From Candidatus Aenigmatarchaeota archaeon (GTDB lineage: Archaea; Aenigmatarchaeota; Aenigmatarchaeia; CG10238-14; SCSR01), in assembly GCA_016187385.1 (NCBI GenBank), contig JACPJU010000001.1, forward strand, positions 722,262 to 786,261: DNA of 64,000 bases, read 5' to 3'. Made by a program: the position numbers and the translations under genes. Shown in pieces: positions 9,838 to 19,697 of this stretch. Within the stretch, counting starts at the first letter, position 1, and every line of letters begins with the position of its first letter. The notes beneath the pieces were generated by a model. The model saw nothing but the letters and a program-made list of their open reading frames with translations. It was not told the DNA's origin and did no database searches.

Positions 9838-10164
9838 TTGGGCGATATTATCTTATCGATGCATGAAGTATTTTACACGAGAAGTTCTGATGTTTACATG
9901 GAAGTGATAAGTTGGCTGCAGAGTGATCTTGGGGAACTATACGGACCATCTGTGAGATCAGGTAAAATACAATTCTGCTTTTCTTCAGCATATTTGAAGG
10001 ACGGCGTAGAAATAAAAACAATGAAAGAATATACGGCTCTTATGAGAAACACTATAAGAGCATTGAGAGATGAAGCAAAAGAATCAAAACCAAAGAATAA
10101 AATCGAAAGAACGTTGCCTAATGCAGCGATAATGGAGCTCTGGAGAAACAAGTCTAATGTTTAA
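9838..10164 (+). CDS. Hypothetical protein
   Basis: 108-aa ORF; no motif recognised. Confidence 0.3.
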   Translation: MGDIILSMHEVFYTRSSDVYMEVISWLQSDLGELYGPSVRSGKIQFCFSSAYLKDGVEIKTMKEYTALMRNTIRALRDEAKESKPKNKIERTLPNAAIMELWRNKSNV

Positions 10165-10190
10165 AAATAAAAAGTCATACTATTTCTTAT

Positions 10191-10277
10191 GGGCCCATAG
10201 CTCAGCATGGTTCAGAGCAGCGAGCTCTTAATTATGGAGTTACTCGTTGGCCGAGGGTTCAAATCCCTCTGGGCCCA
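10191..10277 (+). tRNA. tRNA-Lys(CTT) with an ~11-nt intron at the canonical 37/38 position
   Basis: Acceptor GGGCCCA/TGGGCCC, D-arm GCTC..GAGC, anticodon stem GCGAG/CTCGT with loop CTCTTA|intron|A, T-arm GAGGGTTCAAATCCCTC. Confidence 0.8.
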
Positions 10278-10317
10278 CAAATTTCGTCAAATTCTTCGTC
10301 AAATGGGTTCGTATTCT

Positions 10318-11613
10318 TCATTCTATAACCCTAACCTGTACCGCATTTGATCTTGAAGTGATAGTTTCGCATGTTCTACCACCCACTGCGGAAATTTCAT
10401 AGGTGCCCAGCCATTCTGGAACCCAATTTATTGAATATCGGTTGGGAGCATCGATAATATCCATTTTTTTAATATCTCTCACGTAACGTGGATCAATTTG
10501 TTTTATTTCCACCCTCACATAGCTTCTTGGATATACTTCTCCAGAAATCAAAACGGATTTATACTGTTTTGTTTCACTAACATCAGTTTTAACAGATATG
10601 GTAGCGGGTTTTCCAATAACCATATTTCCAATCCAGATATCACCAACAGCGTCAGTTCTTTTAATAGGCACATCACTGTTTAAATCAGAAATATAAAAAT
10701 CATAACAACCTGAATCTTGTTGGAATTTTATTGTAGCTTCTTTTCCTACTGGAACTTTTGCCAATAATAACCGTTCAGCAAGTTCTTCCTTTGTTGATTC
10801 ACGATCTGTGCCACGCCTATAATAAACATCAACATAATTACTCCAATATATTTCTGGCGAAACAAAAATAGATATTTCAGCTGGGGTGCCAGCTCTGTTT
10901 TCATAAGACCATTTAAAAGAAAGTAAAGTGCGATTGCCTTTAGTACACATGGAGAATCCGTCGGAATTACTCTGATCACATTTTATAATCTCTGCCTGTA
11001 ATATACGAGCTGAGTTTGGCGTAGGTGAATGTGTTGGTGTAGGCACTTGTGTAGATGGTTTTTGTGTCGGTGATGGAACTTGAGGAATAGTTGTGGGTGT
11101 AGATGGAACTGATGCTATCTGATTTTGATATGGTGTTGATGTCACCATCCGAATGTTCGGAATTCTAATTTCTTGACCAGAGTGTATCACATTCGGGTTT
11201 TGAATGTTGTTTTCTTTTACTAATTCATCTATACTAACATTATATCTGGATGCTATTTCACCTAAAGTATCGCCCGATTTTATAGTGTAAACAGCCGTTT
11301 CAGCTGCGGGTGTAACCTTGAGAACTACCTGAATTGTTGGAGTTGATGTATATTGTGATATTGCTGATGAACCCGTGGGTTTATATATCTGACTAGGTGT
11401 TGCAGTAACAATCCGCTTCACTATATTCTCAACAGGTTTATCTACAATTTTTTCATGCTCAACAATTCGTGTTACTACCTTTTGAATTACAGGAGGTGTA
11501 CAAGCTGCAACCAATGCTCCAGCACCAGCAGTAGCACCTAGACGAAGAAGAGTTCTACGAGTAGAATCAAAGTTCCCAAACAGAGTTCTTTCGAGTCTAT
11601 CAAAAATCCCCAT
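10318..11613 (-). CDS. Tat-signal secreted LysM-domain protein
   Basis: Twin-arginine motif RRTLLRLGATAGAGALVAA. LysM motif YTIKSGDTLGEIASRYNVSIDELVKEN. PT-rich linker. Confidence 0.6.
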   Translation of the reverse strand: MGIFDRLERTLFGNFDSTRRTLLRLGATAGAGALVAACTPPVIQKVVTRIVEHEKIVDKPVENIVKRIVTATPSQIYKPTGSSAISQYTSTPTIQVVLKVTPAAETAVYTIKSGDTLGEIASRYNVSIDELVKENNIQNPNVIHSGQEIRIPNIRMVTSTPYQNQIASVPSTPTTIPQVPSPTQKPSTQVPTPTHSPTPNSARILQAEIIKCDQSNSDGFSMCTKGNRTLLSFKWSYENRAGTPAEISIFVSPEIYWSNYVDVYYRRGTDRESTKEELAERLLLAKVPVGKEATIKFQQDSGCYDFYISDLNSDVPIKRTDAVGDIWIGNMVIGKPATISVKTDVSETKQYKSVLISGEVYPRSYVRVEIKQIDPRYVRDIKKMDIIDAPNRYSINWVPEWLGTYEISAVGGRTCETITSRSNAVQVRVIE

Positions 11614-11661
11614 CTATAATAAAATGGTCGGATATTTATTTAAACTCTACAAATGTAGCTT

Positions 11662-13137
11662 ATGGGAGGTTCTCTTCAAAGATTTGGTCGCGGAGAATTT
11701 TTCAGGTTGATTGGATATCTACTAGCAGGTAGCGCGTTAGGGTGTACTCCGACCTTTGTTGAAAAGGTAGTGACAGTGCCTGTAGAAAAACAAAAAATAG
11801 TCACGAGAGAAGTCACTGCAATTATCGACATAGTTGTGCCTTATGGTTCAACACCCGTCCCAGATCAGAAGCAAGAACAACAGCCCATTAAAAAATCGTA
11901 TCTGGAGAATTTAACAAATTACAAGGAAATTTCTGTAGACGAGTGGAGAAACTACTATCCACAAGGTCTTATTCTACCTCAGAATTCCGAACCTCAAAGA
12001 AAACTCGCTGGCAAGCCGCTAATTTCCGAAAGGGTTATGGTTGGAGAAAGATACGGTTCGATTAAGGAATACGTCAATTTAAGGGATACTGCAACAGGCG
12101 AAGTTTACTTCACTACAATAGATGCCAAGTCCGGAATAACAGAAAAAGTAGAATCCGCTACAGAAGTGGACCAGAAAATTATAAAACATGAATCAGAACT
12201 TTTCTCTTCTGTTTTGCTGGATTTAGAAAGCAACAGAAACGCCATTCCTACTGTAGAAAAAATTATAGAAAGTGAAAACCCATATGTAGTCGGGGATGCC
12301 CTCGACACAAGTTTGAAAAATGTAGAAGTAATCGAAATATCAAACGGGGAAGTTTCTCCTTTTCTGGATTATAGCTCAAGATTGAATAAAAACAAGTTGG
12401 AATTTGAGCTAAGCGGCGCACCAGAATCTGCAGTGGCATATCTTTTGATTAAAGGAATCGGCGAAAGTTATACAATACCATATTCTGATGGTGTGGGATT
12501 AATCGTCGGAGAGAAATTGGCAGAAGGCAAAATACGCGATACACCAACTGGCACTAAAACAAATGTTAAAGTATCGTATGAAGTGGGCAGCGACACTGTA
12601 AATGTAAGCGGAAGTTTTGGCGATTCTGTCTTGACGAGACTTTCAAGATACACTTATTATTCTGTAAAGGCGGGGAGAGCATTGCCTGCAGAAAAAGTTC
12701 CGCCGCCTTTGAGAGAATACAAATATGATGCGGATGTCGATCCTGAAAAGACTTTGAGAACTGTAAGCAATTATCTCGCGGATAAGAATAAAGAAGGTGA
12801 GAGAAGGGAAAAACAGAGACAAACAGACAGATACGCAGCAAGCGAGAAACAAAAACAATCACAACCAAAAATAATTGGAACTACAGTAATGCCGATAGAA
12901 CAAGTCCAGACTAGAGTACCACAAGCGATACAAACACAATTGCCTCGTGCAGTGCAGACTGCTATTCCTCAGATAAAAGAAAAAGTAAGAGAAGCTGAAA
13001 CCAGAGTACCTCAGATAGTCGCTACACCTGTGCAGAAAATACGGGATGAAGTGCCAAAAATCATCCAAACAGCTATACCTAAAGTAAAGGAAATAATTCC
13101 CGAGATTAAAATACCCATACCCTCCAAAAAGAAATGA
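11662..13137 (+). CDS. Signal-peptide protein with C-terminal VPQ(A/I)IQT(A)IP-type tandem repeats
   Basis: N-terminal hydrophobic segment plus Cys (lipobox-like GSALGC). Repeats VPQAIQTQLPRAVQTAIPQIK...VPKIIQTAIPKVK. Confidence 0.45.
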   Translation: MGGSLQRFGRGEFFRLIGYLLAGSALGCTPTFVEKVVTVPVEKQKIVTREVTAIIDIVVPYGSTPVPDQKQEQQPIKKSYLENLTNYKEISVDEWRNYYPQGLILPQNSEPQRKLAGKPLISERVMVGERYGSIKEYVNLRDTATGEVYFTTIDAKSGITEKVESATEVDQKIIKHESELFSSVLLDLESNRNAIPTVEKIIESENPYVVGDALDTSLKNVEVIEISNGEVSPFLDYSSRLNKNKLEFELSGAPESAVAYLLIKGIGESYTIPYSDGVGLIVGEKLAEGKIRDTPTGTKTNVKVSYEVGSDTVNVSGSFGDSVLTRLSRYTYYSVKAGRALPAEKVPPPLREYKYDADVDPEKTLRTVSNYLADKNKEGERREKQRQTDRYAASEKQKQSQPKIIGTTVMPIEQVQTRVPQAIQTQLPRAVQTAIPQIKEKVREAETRVPQIVATPVQKIRDEVPKIIQTAIPKVKEIIPEIKIPIPSKKK

Positions 13138-14265
13138 TTATTGATATTGCGGAAACATCTTGAAAAACGGTAGAAACTCCTTCCTGATTTTTCTTGTCGA
13201 ACAGTGCAACTGTCTCGATAATTCCAGCAATCTTTCCTTCTCCTCCTTGCGTTCAATCTTGCTCCCGCCCAGGACAATCATGTTGCTCGGATATTGGTAT
13301 CTAGTGAATTTCTTGTACATCTCCTTCTTGGATACAGCAACTCCGCCAGTCATCAAGTCTATCATGTACGCGAGAAACTTCCAGTTCTGACGCGATTTTA
13401 TTCTTTGCCTGAACAGATCAGCCTTGCTCAGAATGTCATAAGCCTTCGCTATTTCTTCAACATCTTCATATTCATTTGCTATGTTGTTTTCAATCCACCA
13501 GAAGATTTCTTCGGGGTCCTTGTCCACATTGTTTATGGAAAGCTTTGCGGACAATGCTGTACTGGTTTTGAAAATCATTCTCAATGCATCAAATATATTC
13601 TGCTCACGCTCACGATAACTCAATACTTCAATATCATTTTGTTTAATCTCTTTTTTACTACGACCTAAAGATTCAAAGTCTATTACAGCAGACCTCAGAT
13701 CACCTTCACTTCTTTTTGATAATTGTCTAAGAATCTCTTTATCAATTACAACGCCTTCATTTTCAGCTATTCTTTTCAGATGCCTTTCAATGTCGAATAC
13801 TGAGAATTTTTTGAATTGTGTTAACTGACTGTATGTTCTCAGAGTCTGTAATTTCTGGTCGTATGGATTGTTGCACGTAAGAACAACAGGGAATCGAGAC
13901 TCTTTGATAATTTGAATGATGGCACCTACACCGCCTAAATCCTGCCTACCTGCCAGTCCATCGATTTCATCGATGAGAAATATCTTCCTTTTGCCGAATA
14001 GTGAGGCTTGCTTCATCGACTGTCCCAAAACATTTTCGATTTCTTTTTTGCTTCTAAAGTCAGATGCGTTCATTTCTATGAATTCGTAGTTGTTCTCTTT
14101 CGAAAATGTTTCAATTAGGCAAGTCTTGCCGGTGCCTGGCGGTCCGTGGAACAGGAGGGATTTTCCCTGCTTCCAATTTTTTATCCATTTTAGAAAAGTA
14201 TCCACTGCTTCCTTCTGTCCAACATATTCGTTCATGTTTTGTGGTTTGTACCTGTTGATCCACAT
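13138..14265 (-). CDS. rfcL: Replication factor C large subunit
   Basis: YKPQNMNEYVGQ, Walker A GPPGTGKT, Walker B LIDEIDG; lies immediately downstream of rfcS. Confidence 0.8.
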   Translation of the reverse strand: MWINRYKPQNMNEYVGQKEAVDTFLKWIKNWKQGKSLLFHGPPGTGKTCLIETFSKENNYEFIEMNASDFRSKKEIENVLGQSMKQASLFGKRKIFLIDEIDGLAGRQDLGGVGAIIQIIKESRFPVVLTCNNPYDQKLQTLRTYSQLTQFKKFSVFDIERHLKRIAENEGVVIDKEILRQLSKRSEGDLRSAVIDFESLGRSKKEIKQNDIEVLSYREREQNIFDALRMIFKTSTALSAKLSINNVDKDPEEIFWWIENNIANEYEDVEEIAKAYDILSKADLFRQRIKSRQNWKFLAYMIDLMTGGVAVSKKEMYKKFTRYQYPSNMIVLGGSKIERKEEKERLLELSRQLHCSTRKIRKEFLPFFKMFPQYQ

Positions 14266-14269
14266 GAAA

Positions 14270-15229
14270 TCATTTTTTAGATAAAGTCAGAAATTGTGCA
14301 AGCAATGATTCCAACTGGATTAATTCATTTCCTCCTTCACTCAATCGGAATTCATATTCGCCACATTTTTCTATTAACTGAATCTTTCTGTCTTCTGGCA
14401 TACCATCCAAAGAATAAATCTGCCTATGGATTTCAGTGATAATGTCACTACCCGATAGACCTTGTCTCAATAATAGTTCCTGAAGTTTTTTTCTGGCGTC
14501 CATAAACTTTCCTTTCAATGTCATTTCAAGCATATCTTTCACATCAGTGGGTTTTGCCTTGCTTGCAATATCATAAACAACATCTTCCGTGATTTTTTCT
14601 TTTATCGATGCTGAAGATTGTAAAATATTGGCAACCTTTCTCAAGTCGCCTTCTGACAAATAAACAACAGCATCGGCAGCTTTAGGGTCAACCTTAAGTT
14701 TCTCCCCGTCCGCAATTCTTTGGATGTACTTTTTGATGTCGTTATCCTCCAGAATCCTGAATCTGAAAACAGCACATCTAGACTGGATGGGCTCTATGAT
14801 TTTGGACGACCAGTTGCACAAGAGAATGAATCTTGTCACGTTCGTGTAATTCTCCATCGTCCTTCTCAAAGCCTGCTGCGCTTCCTGCGTCAATGCATCG
14901 GCTTCGTCCAAAATTATTATTTTCCATGGAAGTTCTCCAAAGGACTTCATGCGCGCGAAATCTTTTACCTTTCCTCTGATGACATCTATCCCGCGTTCAT
15001 CTGACGCGTTGAGTTCCAAAACATTCTGTCTCCAAGTTTCACCGTACACTTCTCTAGCTATGGCCAAAGCTGTAGTAGTCTTTCCGGTTCCCGCAGGACC
15101 AGCGAAAAGCATGTGAGGTATGTTCTTGTCCTTGACAAAGGCTTTGATTCTTTCCATAGCGTGAGTCTGATTGATTACATCTGACAATTTCGCGGGCCTG
15201 TATTTTTCCGCCCAGATCTGAAATTCCAT
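14270..15229 (-). CDS. rfcS: Replication factor C small subunit
   Basis: WAEKYRP, GPAGTGKTT, ILDEAD, SRC motif; classical RFC clamp-loader small subunit. Confidence 0.9.
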   Translation of the reverse strand: MEFQIWAEKYRPAKLSDVINQTHAMERIKAFVKDKNIPHMLFAGPAGTGKTTTALAIAREVYGETWRQNVLELNASDERGIDVIRGKVKDFARMKSFGELPWKIIILDEADALTQEAQQALRRTMENYTNVTRFILLCNWSSKIIEPIQSRCAVFRFRILEDNDIKKYIQRIADGEKLKVDPKAADAVVYLSEGDLRKVANILQSSASIKEKITEDVVYDIASKAKPTDVKDMLEMTLKGKFMDARKKLQELLLRQGLSGSDIITEIHRQIYSLDGMPEDRKIQLIEKCGEYEFRLSEGGNELIQLESLLAQFLTLSKK

Positions 15230-15277
15230 AGTATCCTTTTGTAATATGGTTTTTAAATCCTAATAGAAAATATATTT

Positions 15278-15772
15278 ATGCATTTATTGAAAGTTCTGCC
15301 TGTTGTTCTAATTGTTTTCTTGTCTGGCTGCACCGCACGGAATGAAACTAACAAATCCGAACCTCAGCCGCAACAAGAGATACCAGAACTTCCGCAGGAA
15401 GAACCGACTCAAACTACCCAACAGCCAGAAGGAACTCTTCAGGGAGAAGTCTTATCACCGCCTCAAGAACCACAGCAATTGACAAGAGCATTCAGTATAG
15501 AGGCTGACGACAGAGGATTTTACATGAACAGCTCGAAGATTTCTTCCATCTCGTCTAGCAAAGATGATACAATCAAGATAACATTCATAGTAAGAGAATC
15601 TGGAACCTATTACGGTGGTCTTGACTTTAGGGGATGCGGACAAAACACCGCCAGCATAAAGCCCGGAGATTCAGTCGTCATCCAATTCACCGCAAATAGC
15701 ACATGCACGATAACATCCTACTGGCCTGTGACCAATGTAGTGAAAGACAATCTGCAAATTACAGTTTCCTAA
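15278..15772 (+). CDS. Lipoprotein-like secreted protein with a Gln/Pro-rich linker
   Basis: Signal peptide ending LSGC, then a PQ-rich low-complexity stretch. Confidence 0.4.
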   Translation: MHLLKVLPVVLIVFLSGCTARNETNKSEPQPQQEIPELPQEEPTQTTQQPEGTLQGEVLSPPQEPQQLTRAFSIEADDRGFYMNSSKISSISSSKDDTIKITFIVRESGTYYGGLDFRGCGQNTASIKPGDSVVIQFTANSTCTITSYWPVTNVVKDNLQITVS

Positions 15773-15803
15773 TCTTTATATCGGTCAAGCCGTAAAGGAT
15801 ATT

Positions 15804-16181
15804 ATGAATAAACTGATGACTGCATCTATTTTGATTTTTGCCGTTTTTGTGGCCGGCTGCACATCTTCTCAATCAAATGCACCAACCGCTGTTACAGGTG
15901 TGAAGCATACGGTTGAGATAACCAATACGGGATTCAATCCGAACACATTAAACATAAAATTAGGCGACGATGTCACTTTTGTCAACAAAGACGCATCGCC
16001 GCACTGGCCTGCAAGCAACATCCACCCGACTCATTGCGAATACAAGGGGTGCAACGTTTTCGACTCCAGGAAAGGGTTGAACACAGGCGAGAGTTATTCT
16101 ATAGTCTTTGACCAAACAGGAACATGGAAGTATCACGACCACCTGAATCCAGGCATGACAGGAACGCTCATTGTGCAGTAA
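15804..16181 (+). CDS. Cupredoxin-like (amicyanin/plastocyanin-fold) lipoprotein; the Cys ligand appears replaced
   Basis: Signal plus AGC lipobox. VEHTVEIT..GF.P..L.I..GD.V.F.NKD...HWPAS...YHDH...M pattern. No Cys in the usual C-x-x-H position. Confidence 0.5.
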   Translation: MNKLMTASILIFAVFVAGCTSSQSNAPTAVTGVKHTVEITNTGFNPNTLNIKLGDDVTFVNKDASPHWPASNIHPTHCEYKGCNVFDSRKGLNTGESYSIVFDQTGTWKYHDHLNPGMTGTLIVQ

Positions 16182-16241
16182 TGCTTGTAGATAATTGAAA
16201 ACCTGCCAAACTTTATAAACCACGCTCATCAAATCATAACA

Positions 16242-16643
16242 ATGGATAAGTCTTTTATAATGGCCTTGATCCCGGTTGTATTTCTGGCTGGGTGTACTAC
16301 CGGTTCGATTAATTATCCTAGAGCCGTTGGTCTGGCATCGACTGGTGTCGAGCATACAGTTGAGATAACATCATCCGGCTTTTCGCCAAGCAATTTAGAC
16401 ATACAATTGGGCGATTCTGTAGTGTTCCTTAATAAGGACACGGAAAGGCATTGGCCGGCAAGCGACGATTTTCCCACTAATGATGCCTATCCGGAAAAGG
16501 GTGGCTGTCTTGGAAGCAAGTTTGACGCGTGCAAGAGCCTCAAGCAGAATGACGCATTCGCATTTACCTTTTATTATTCAGGCGAATGGTGCTATCACGA
16601 CCATCTGAGTCCGAAGATAAGGGGATGTGTGAACGTAGAGTAA
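16242..16643 (+). CDS. Cupredoxin-like lipoprotein, paralog of 15804-16181, with a candidate C..H..H Cu site
   Basis: Same fold signature; C-terminal EWCYHDHL retains Cys and His. Confidence 0.5.
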   Translation: MDKSFIMALIPVVFLAGCTTGSINYPRAVGLASTGVEHTVEITSSGFSPSNLDIQLGDSVVFLNKDTERHWPASDDFPTNDAYPEKGGCLGSKFDACKSLKQNDAFAFTFYYSGEWCYHDHLSPKIRGCVNVE

Positions 16644-16749
16644 ACACATATTTCTAATGTACGGATTATTGAAAGCTTATAAAGTCTTGACCAGTATTTG
16701 AAATATGGTAATAGAGATTATCATACCTTGGATCAACGGGTAATTTTGA

Positions 16750-17130
16750 ATGACAATAGACAAAACTATGTTAGGGGCAATAAGGCATTGCCTAATGACA
16801 CCATTAACAGCAGCTCGGGCCATTCACGGTGAAATTCAAGACACTCGGCGCTCGTTTGACTATGCTTATGATGGACATACGCTTGGAGAAGATATAGACG
16901 AGGTAAAGCAAACATGTTTGCAAGTTTGTAAAGAAATGTTGGAAGACCCTGTTCCCACGATTTATGTTGGTATTGAAAATTACCATCTTACTACTGATGA
17001 CAGAAATTTCCTTACTAGATTGCACTACAGAATGGAAGAATCAAACTGGAGAAATCCCCAAATGGTAGAAGAAATAGGACTGATGATAAATAATTATGCC
17101 CCGCATGGTGGGTTCGAAAGTGGTAAATAA
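16750..17130 (+). CDS. Hypothetical protein
   Basis: 126-aa ORF, no motif recognised. Confidence 0.3.
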   Translation: MTIDKTMLGAIRHCLMTPLTAARAIHGEIQDTRRSFDYAYDGHTLGEDIDEVKQTCLQVCKEMLEDPVPTIYVGIENYHLTTDDRNFLTRLHYRMEESNWRNPQMVEEIGLMINNYAPHGGFESGK

Positions 17131-17193
17131 GCGTAGATATTGTATATTTTATAACCCCGTTATATTCTTAAAGTTTGGCACTCAATAGATATC

Positions 17194-17577
17194 ATGAAAG
17201 TCTTCTGCGAAACAATCTTCGACGACACATTGCCTGCCATACGGTCGATAATAACGAACGAACTCATAAATACTTACGGCTTGACGCAGGAACAAGCAGC
17301 AGAAAAGCTGGGAATAACACAACCCGCAGTATCGCAATATCTAAGCGGATTGAGAGGCAAGAGAATACAACAGATAACTTCAAACCAAAAGTTAATGCAG
17401 TGGGTGAAAAATCTCACCGCAGAAATAGCATCCGGCGGCACAAAACTCCACGAAAAGATATGCGAGATATGCTCCGAAACAAGGGACAAGAAAATCTACA
17501 CCGAAAAGGAGATAGATCCTTTCATTTGTCTGATAGAGATTTATGAAAACGGGAGGATGAAAAATGGCAGAGCTTGA
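17194..17577 (+). CDS. HTH (XRE-like) transcriptional regulator with a C-terminal Cys cluster, first gene of the suf operon
   Basis: LTQEQAAEKLGITQPAVSQYLSG helix-turn-helix. C-terminal CEICSE...C. Overlaps sufC start by 14 nt. Confidence 0.55.
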   Translation: MKVFCETIFDDTLPAIRSIITNELINTYGLTQEQAAEKLGITQPAVSQYLSGLRGKRIQQITSNQKLMQWVKNLTAEIASGGTKLHEKICEICSETRDKKIYTEKEIDPFICLIEIYENGRMKNGRA

Positions 17578-18298
17578 AATAAAGAATCTGCATGTGACAG
17601 TCGAAGGGAAGAAGATATTGAATGGTGTGAATCTCAAAATCAAACAGGGAGAACTTCACGCATTGATGGGCCCGAATGGTTCCGGCAAGTCAACATTGTC
17701 TTATGTCTTGATGGGACATCCGAAATATGCCGTAGAACAAGGCGAGATTTTATTCAACGGAGAAAACATAACAAGCCTGACAGCAGACAAGAGGGCGAAA
17801 CTAGGATTGTTCCTTGGTTTCCAGTATCCTGTGGAAGTGTCGGGAGTTACTTTCAAGAATTTCCTGTGGACAGCATACAAGGCCGTGAACAATGGCGTTT
17901 CTTATGTCGACTTTAATGAAATGCTGGATCAGAAATTGGAAATGCTGGGCGTAGACAAGAATTTTATTGCGCGGTATTTGAACGAAGGGTTTTCGGGCGG
18001 TGAAAAGAAAAGAGCTGAAGTGCTGCAGTTGGCTGTGCTGAAGCCAAAGATTGCTATACTCGACGAAACGGATTCTGGACTGGATGTGGATTCACTGAAG
18101 GTTGTCGCCAGCGGAATTGAAAAAATGCATCAGGAAAACCTGGGCGTACTTTTGATCACGCACTATCAAAGAATTTTGAATTATGTTAAACCGGATTTTG
18201 TTCATGTGATGATTGATGGCAGGATAGTGAAAAGCGGTAGTTATGATTTGGCAAAAGAAGTGGAAGAAAAAGGTTATGAGATGATGACAAGTGGATAA
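17564..18298 (+). CDS. sufC: Fe-S cluster assembly ATPase SufC
   Basis: GPNGSGKST Walker A, LSGGEKKR signature, ILDETDSGLD Walker B. Confidence 0.9.
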   Translation: MAELEIKNLHVTVEGKKILNGVNLKIKQGELHALMGPNGSGKSTLSYVLMGHPKYAVEQGEILFNGENITSLTADKRAKLGLFLGFQYPVEVSGVTFKNFLWTAYKAVNNGVSYVDFNEMLDQKLEMLGVDKNFIARYLNEGFSGGEKKRAEVLQLAVLKPKIAILDETDSGLDVDSLKVVASGIEKMHQENLGVLLITHYQRILNYVKPDFVHVMIDGRIVKSGSYDLAKEVEEKGYEMMTSG

Positions 18299-19694
18299 AC
18301 AACCTCTAGTAATCGAACGGGACTATTCAAGATATGAAGTCAAAGAGCCAGACGAATTTGTCTACAAAACAAAGAAAGGATTATCAAAAGAAATTGTGGA
18401 GGAAATTTCTAAAATCAAAAAAGAACCAAAATGGATGTTGGAATTCAGGCTGAAAGCACTTGAACACTTTTTCTCCAGATCCATGCCTACGTGGGGAGCA
18501 GATTTGTCGAAAATAAATTTCGATGAAATTACTTACTACATAAAACCAACAGAAAGAAAAGCGCCTACGTGGGAAGATTTGCCAGAAGGGATGAAAAGAA
18601 CCTTTGAGAAATTAGGCATACCTGAAGCTGAGAGAAGATTCTTGGCGGGTGTGGAAGCTATGTATGATTCTGAAACTGTATATCACAAGATTCGTGATGA
18701 TCTTGCAAAACAGGGTGTAATATTCTGTGATACAGATACAGCTGTTAAAGAATATCCAGAAATTGTGAGAGAGTATTTCGGTAAAATAGTTCCACCTAAT
18801 GATAACAAGTTTGCTGCGTTGAATTCTGCCTGTTGGAGTGGTGGAAGTTTCGTTTTTATTCCAAAAAATGTTGAGGTTAAAATGCCTTTACAAGCGTATT
18901 TCCGAATAAATTCACAACAAATGGGTCAATTTGAAAGAACATTGATTATAGCCGAAGAAGGAAGTAAAGCACATTATATCGAAGGTTGCAGTTCGGCCGT
19001 TTATTCCGCAGATTCTTTGCATGCGGCCGTTGTAGAAGTTATAGCTAAAGATCATGCACATTTTCGATATACAACTCTACAAAACTGGTCAAATGACATC
19101 TATAACCTGGTTACTAAACGCGCTCACGCATATGAAAATGCGATAGTAGAATGGCTTGATGCAAATATCGGGGCAAAGGTCGGGATGAAATATCCAAGCG
19201 TGTTTCTGTTAGGTAAAAATGCACGTGCAGATATTTTATCAATAGCGTTTGCTGGCAATGGTCAACATCAAGACACAGGAGCGAAAGCGGTTCACATTGC
19301 ACCAAATACAACATCAACCATCACAGCCAAGTCAGTCAGCAAGGACGGCGGTAAGACATCATACCGTGGACTGGTGAAGATATTCCCAGGTGCAGTCAAT
19401 TCAAAATCATTCGTTAGATGTGATGCACTAATTTTAGATGAACAATCTGTTTCGGATACAATACCTTGCATGGAAATTAATGAGAGCAAAGTCGATGTCG
19501 GGCATGAGGCTACTGTAGGGAAGGTAAATGATTCACAATTGTTTTATCTGATGTCGCGCGGCCTGACAGAACAACAGGCAATAACATTGATAGTTAATGG
19601 ATTTTTCGACGCATTCACAAAGGAATTGCCGCTGGAATATGCGGTTGAATTCAATAGGTTGATACAGCTCGAAATGACTGGAACAGTGGGGTAA
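18291..19694 (+). CDS. sufB: Fe-S cluster assembly protein SufB
   Basis: 467 aa with characteristic SufB C-terminal beta-helix motifs (ADILSIAFAG...TKRAHAYENAIVEW); overlaps sufC by 8 nt. Confidence 0.9.
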   Translation: MDKQPLVIERDYSRYEVKEPDEFVYKTKKGLSKEIVEEISKIKKEPKWMLEFRLKALEHFFSRSMPTWGADLSKINFDEITYYIKPTERKAPTWEDLPEGMKRTFEKLGIPEAERRFLAGVEAMYDSETVYHKIRDDLAKQGVIFCDTDTAVKEYPEIVREYFGKIVPPNDNKFAALNSACWSGGSFVFIPKNVEVKMPLQAYFRINSQQMGQFERTLIIAEEGSKAHYIEGCSSAVYSADSLHAAVVEVIAKDHAHFRYTTLQNWSNDIYNLVTKRAHAYENAIVEWLDANIGAKVGMKYPSVFLLGKNARADILSIAFAGNGQHQDTGAKAVHIAPNTTSTITAKSVSKDGGKTSYRGLVKIFPGAVNSKSFVRCDALILDEQSVSDTIPCMEINESKVDVGHEATVGKVNDSQLFYLMSRGLTEQQAITLIVNGFFDAFTKELPLEYAVEFNRLIQLEMTGTVG

Positions 19695-19697
19695 ACC

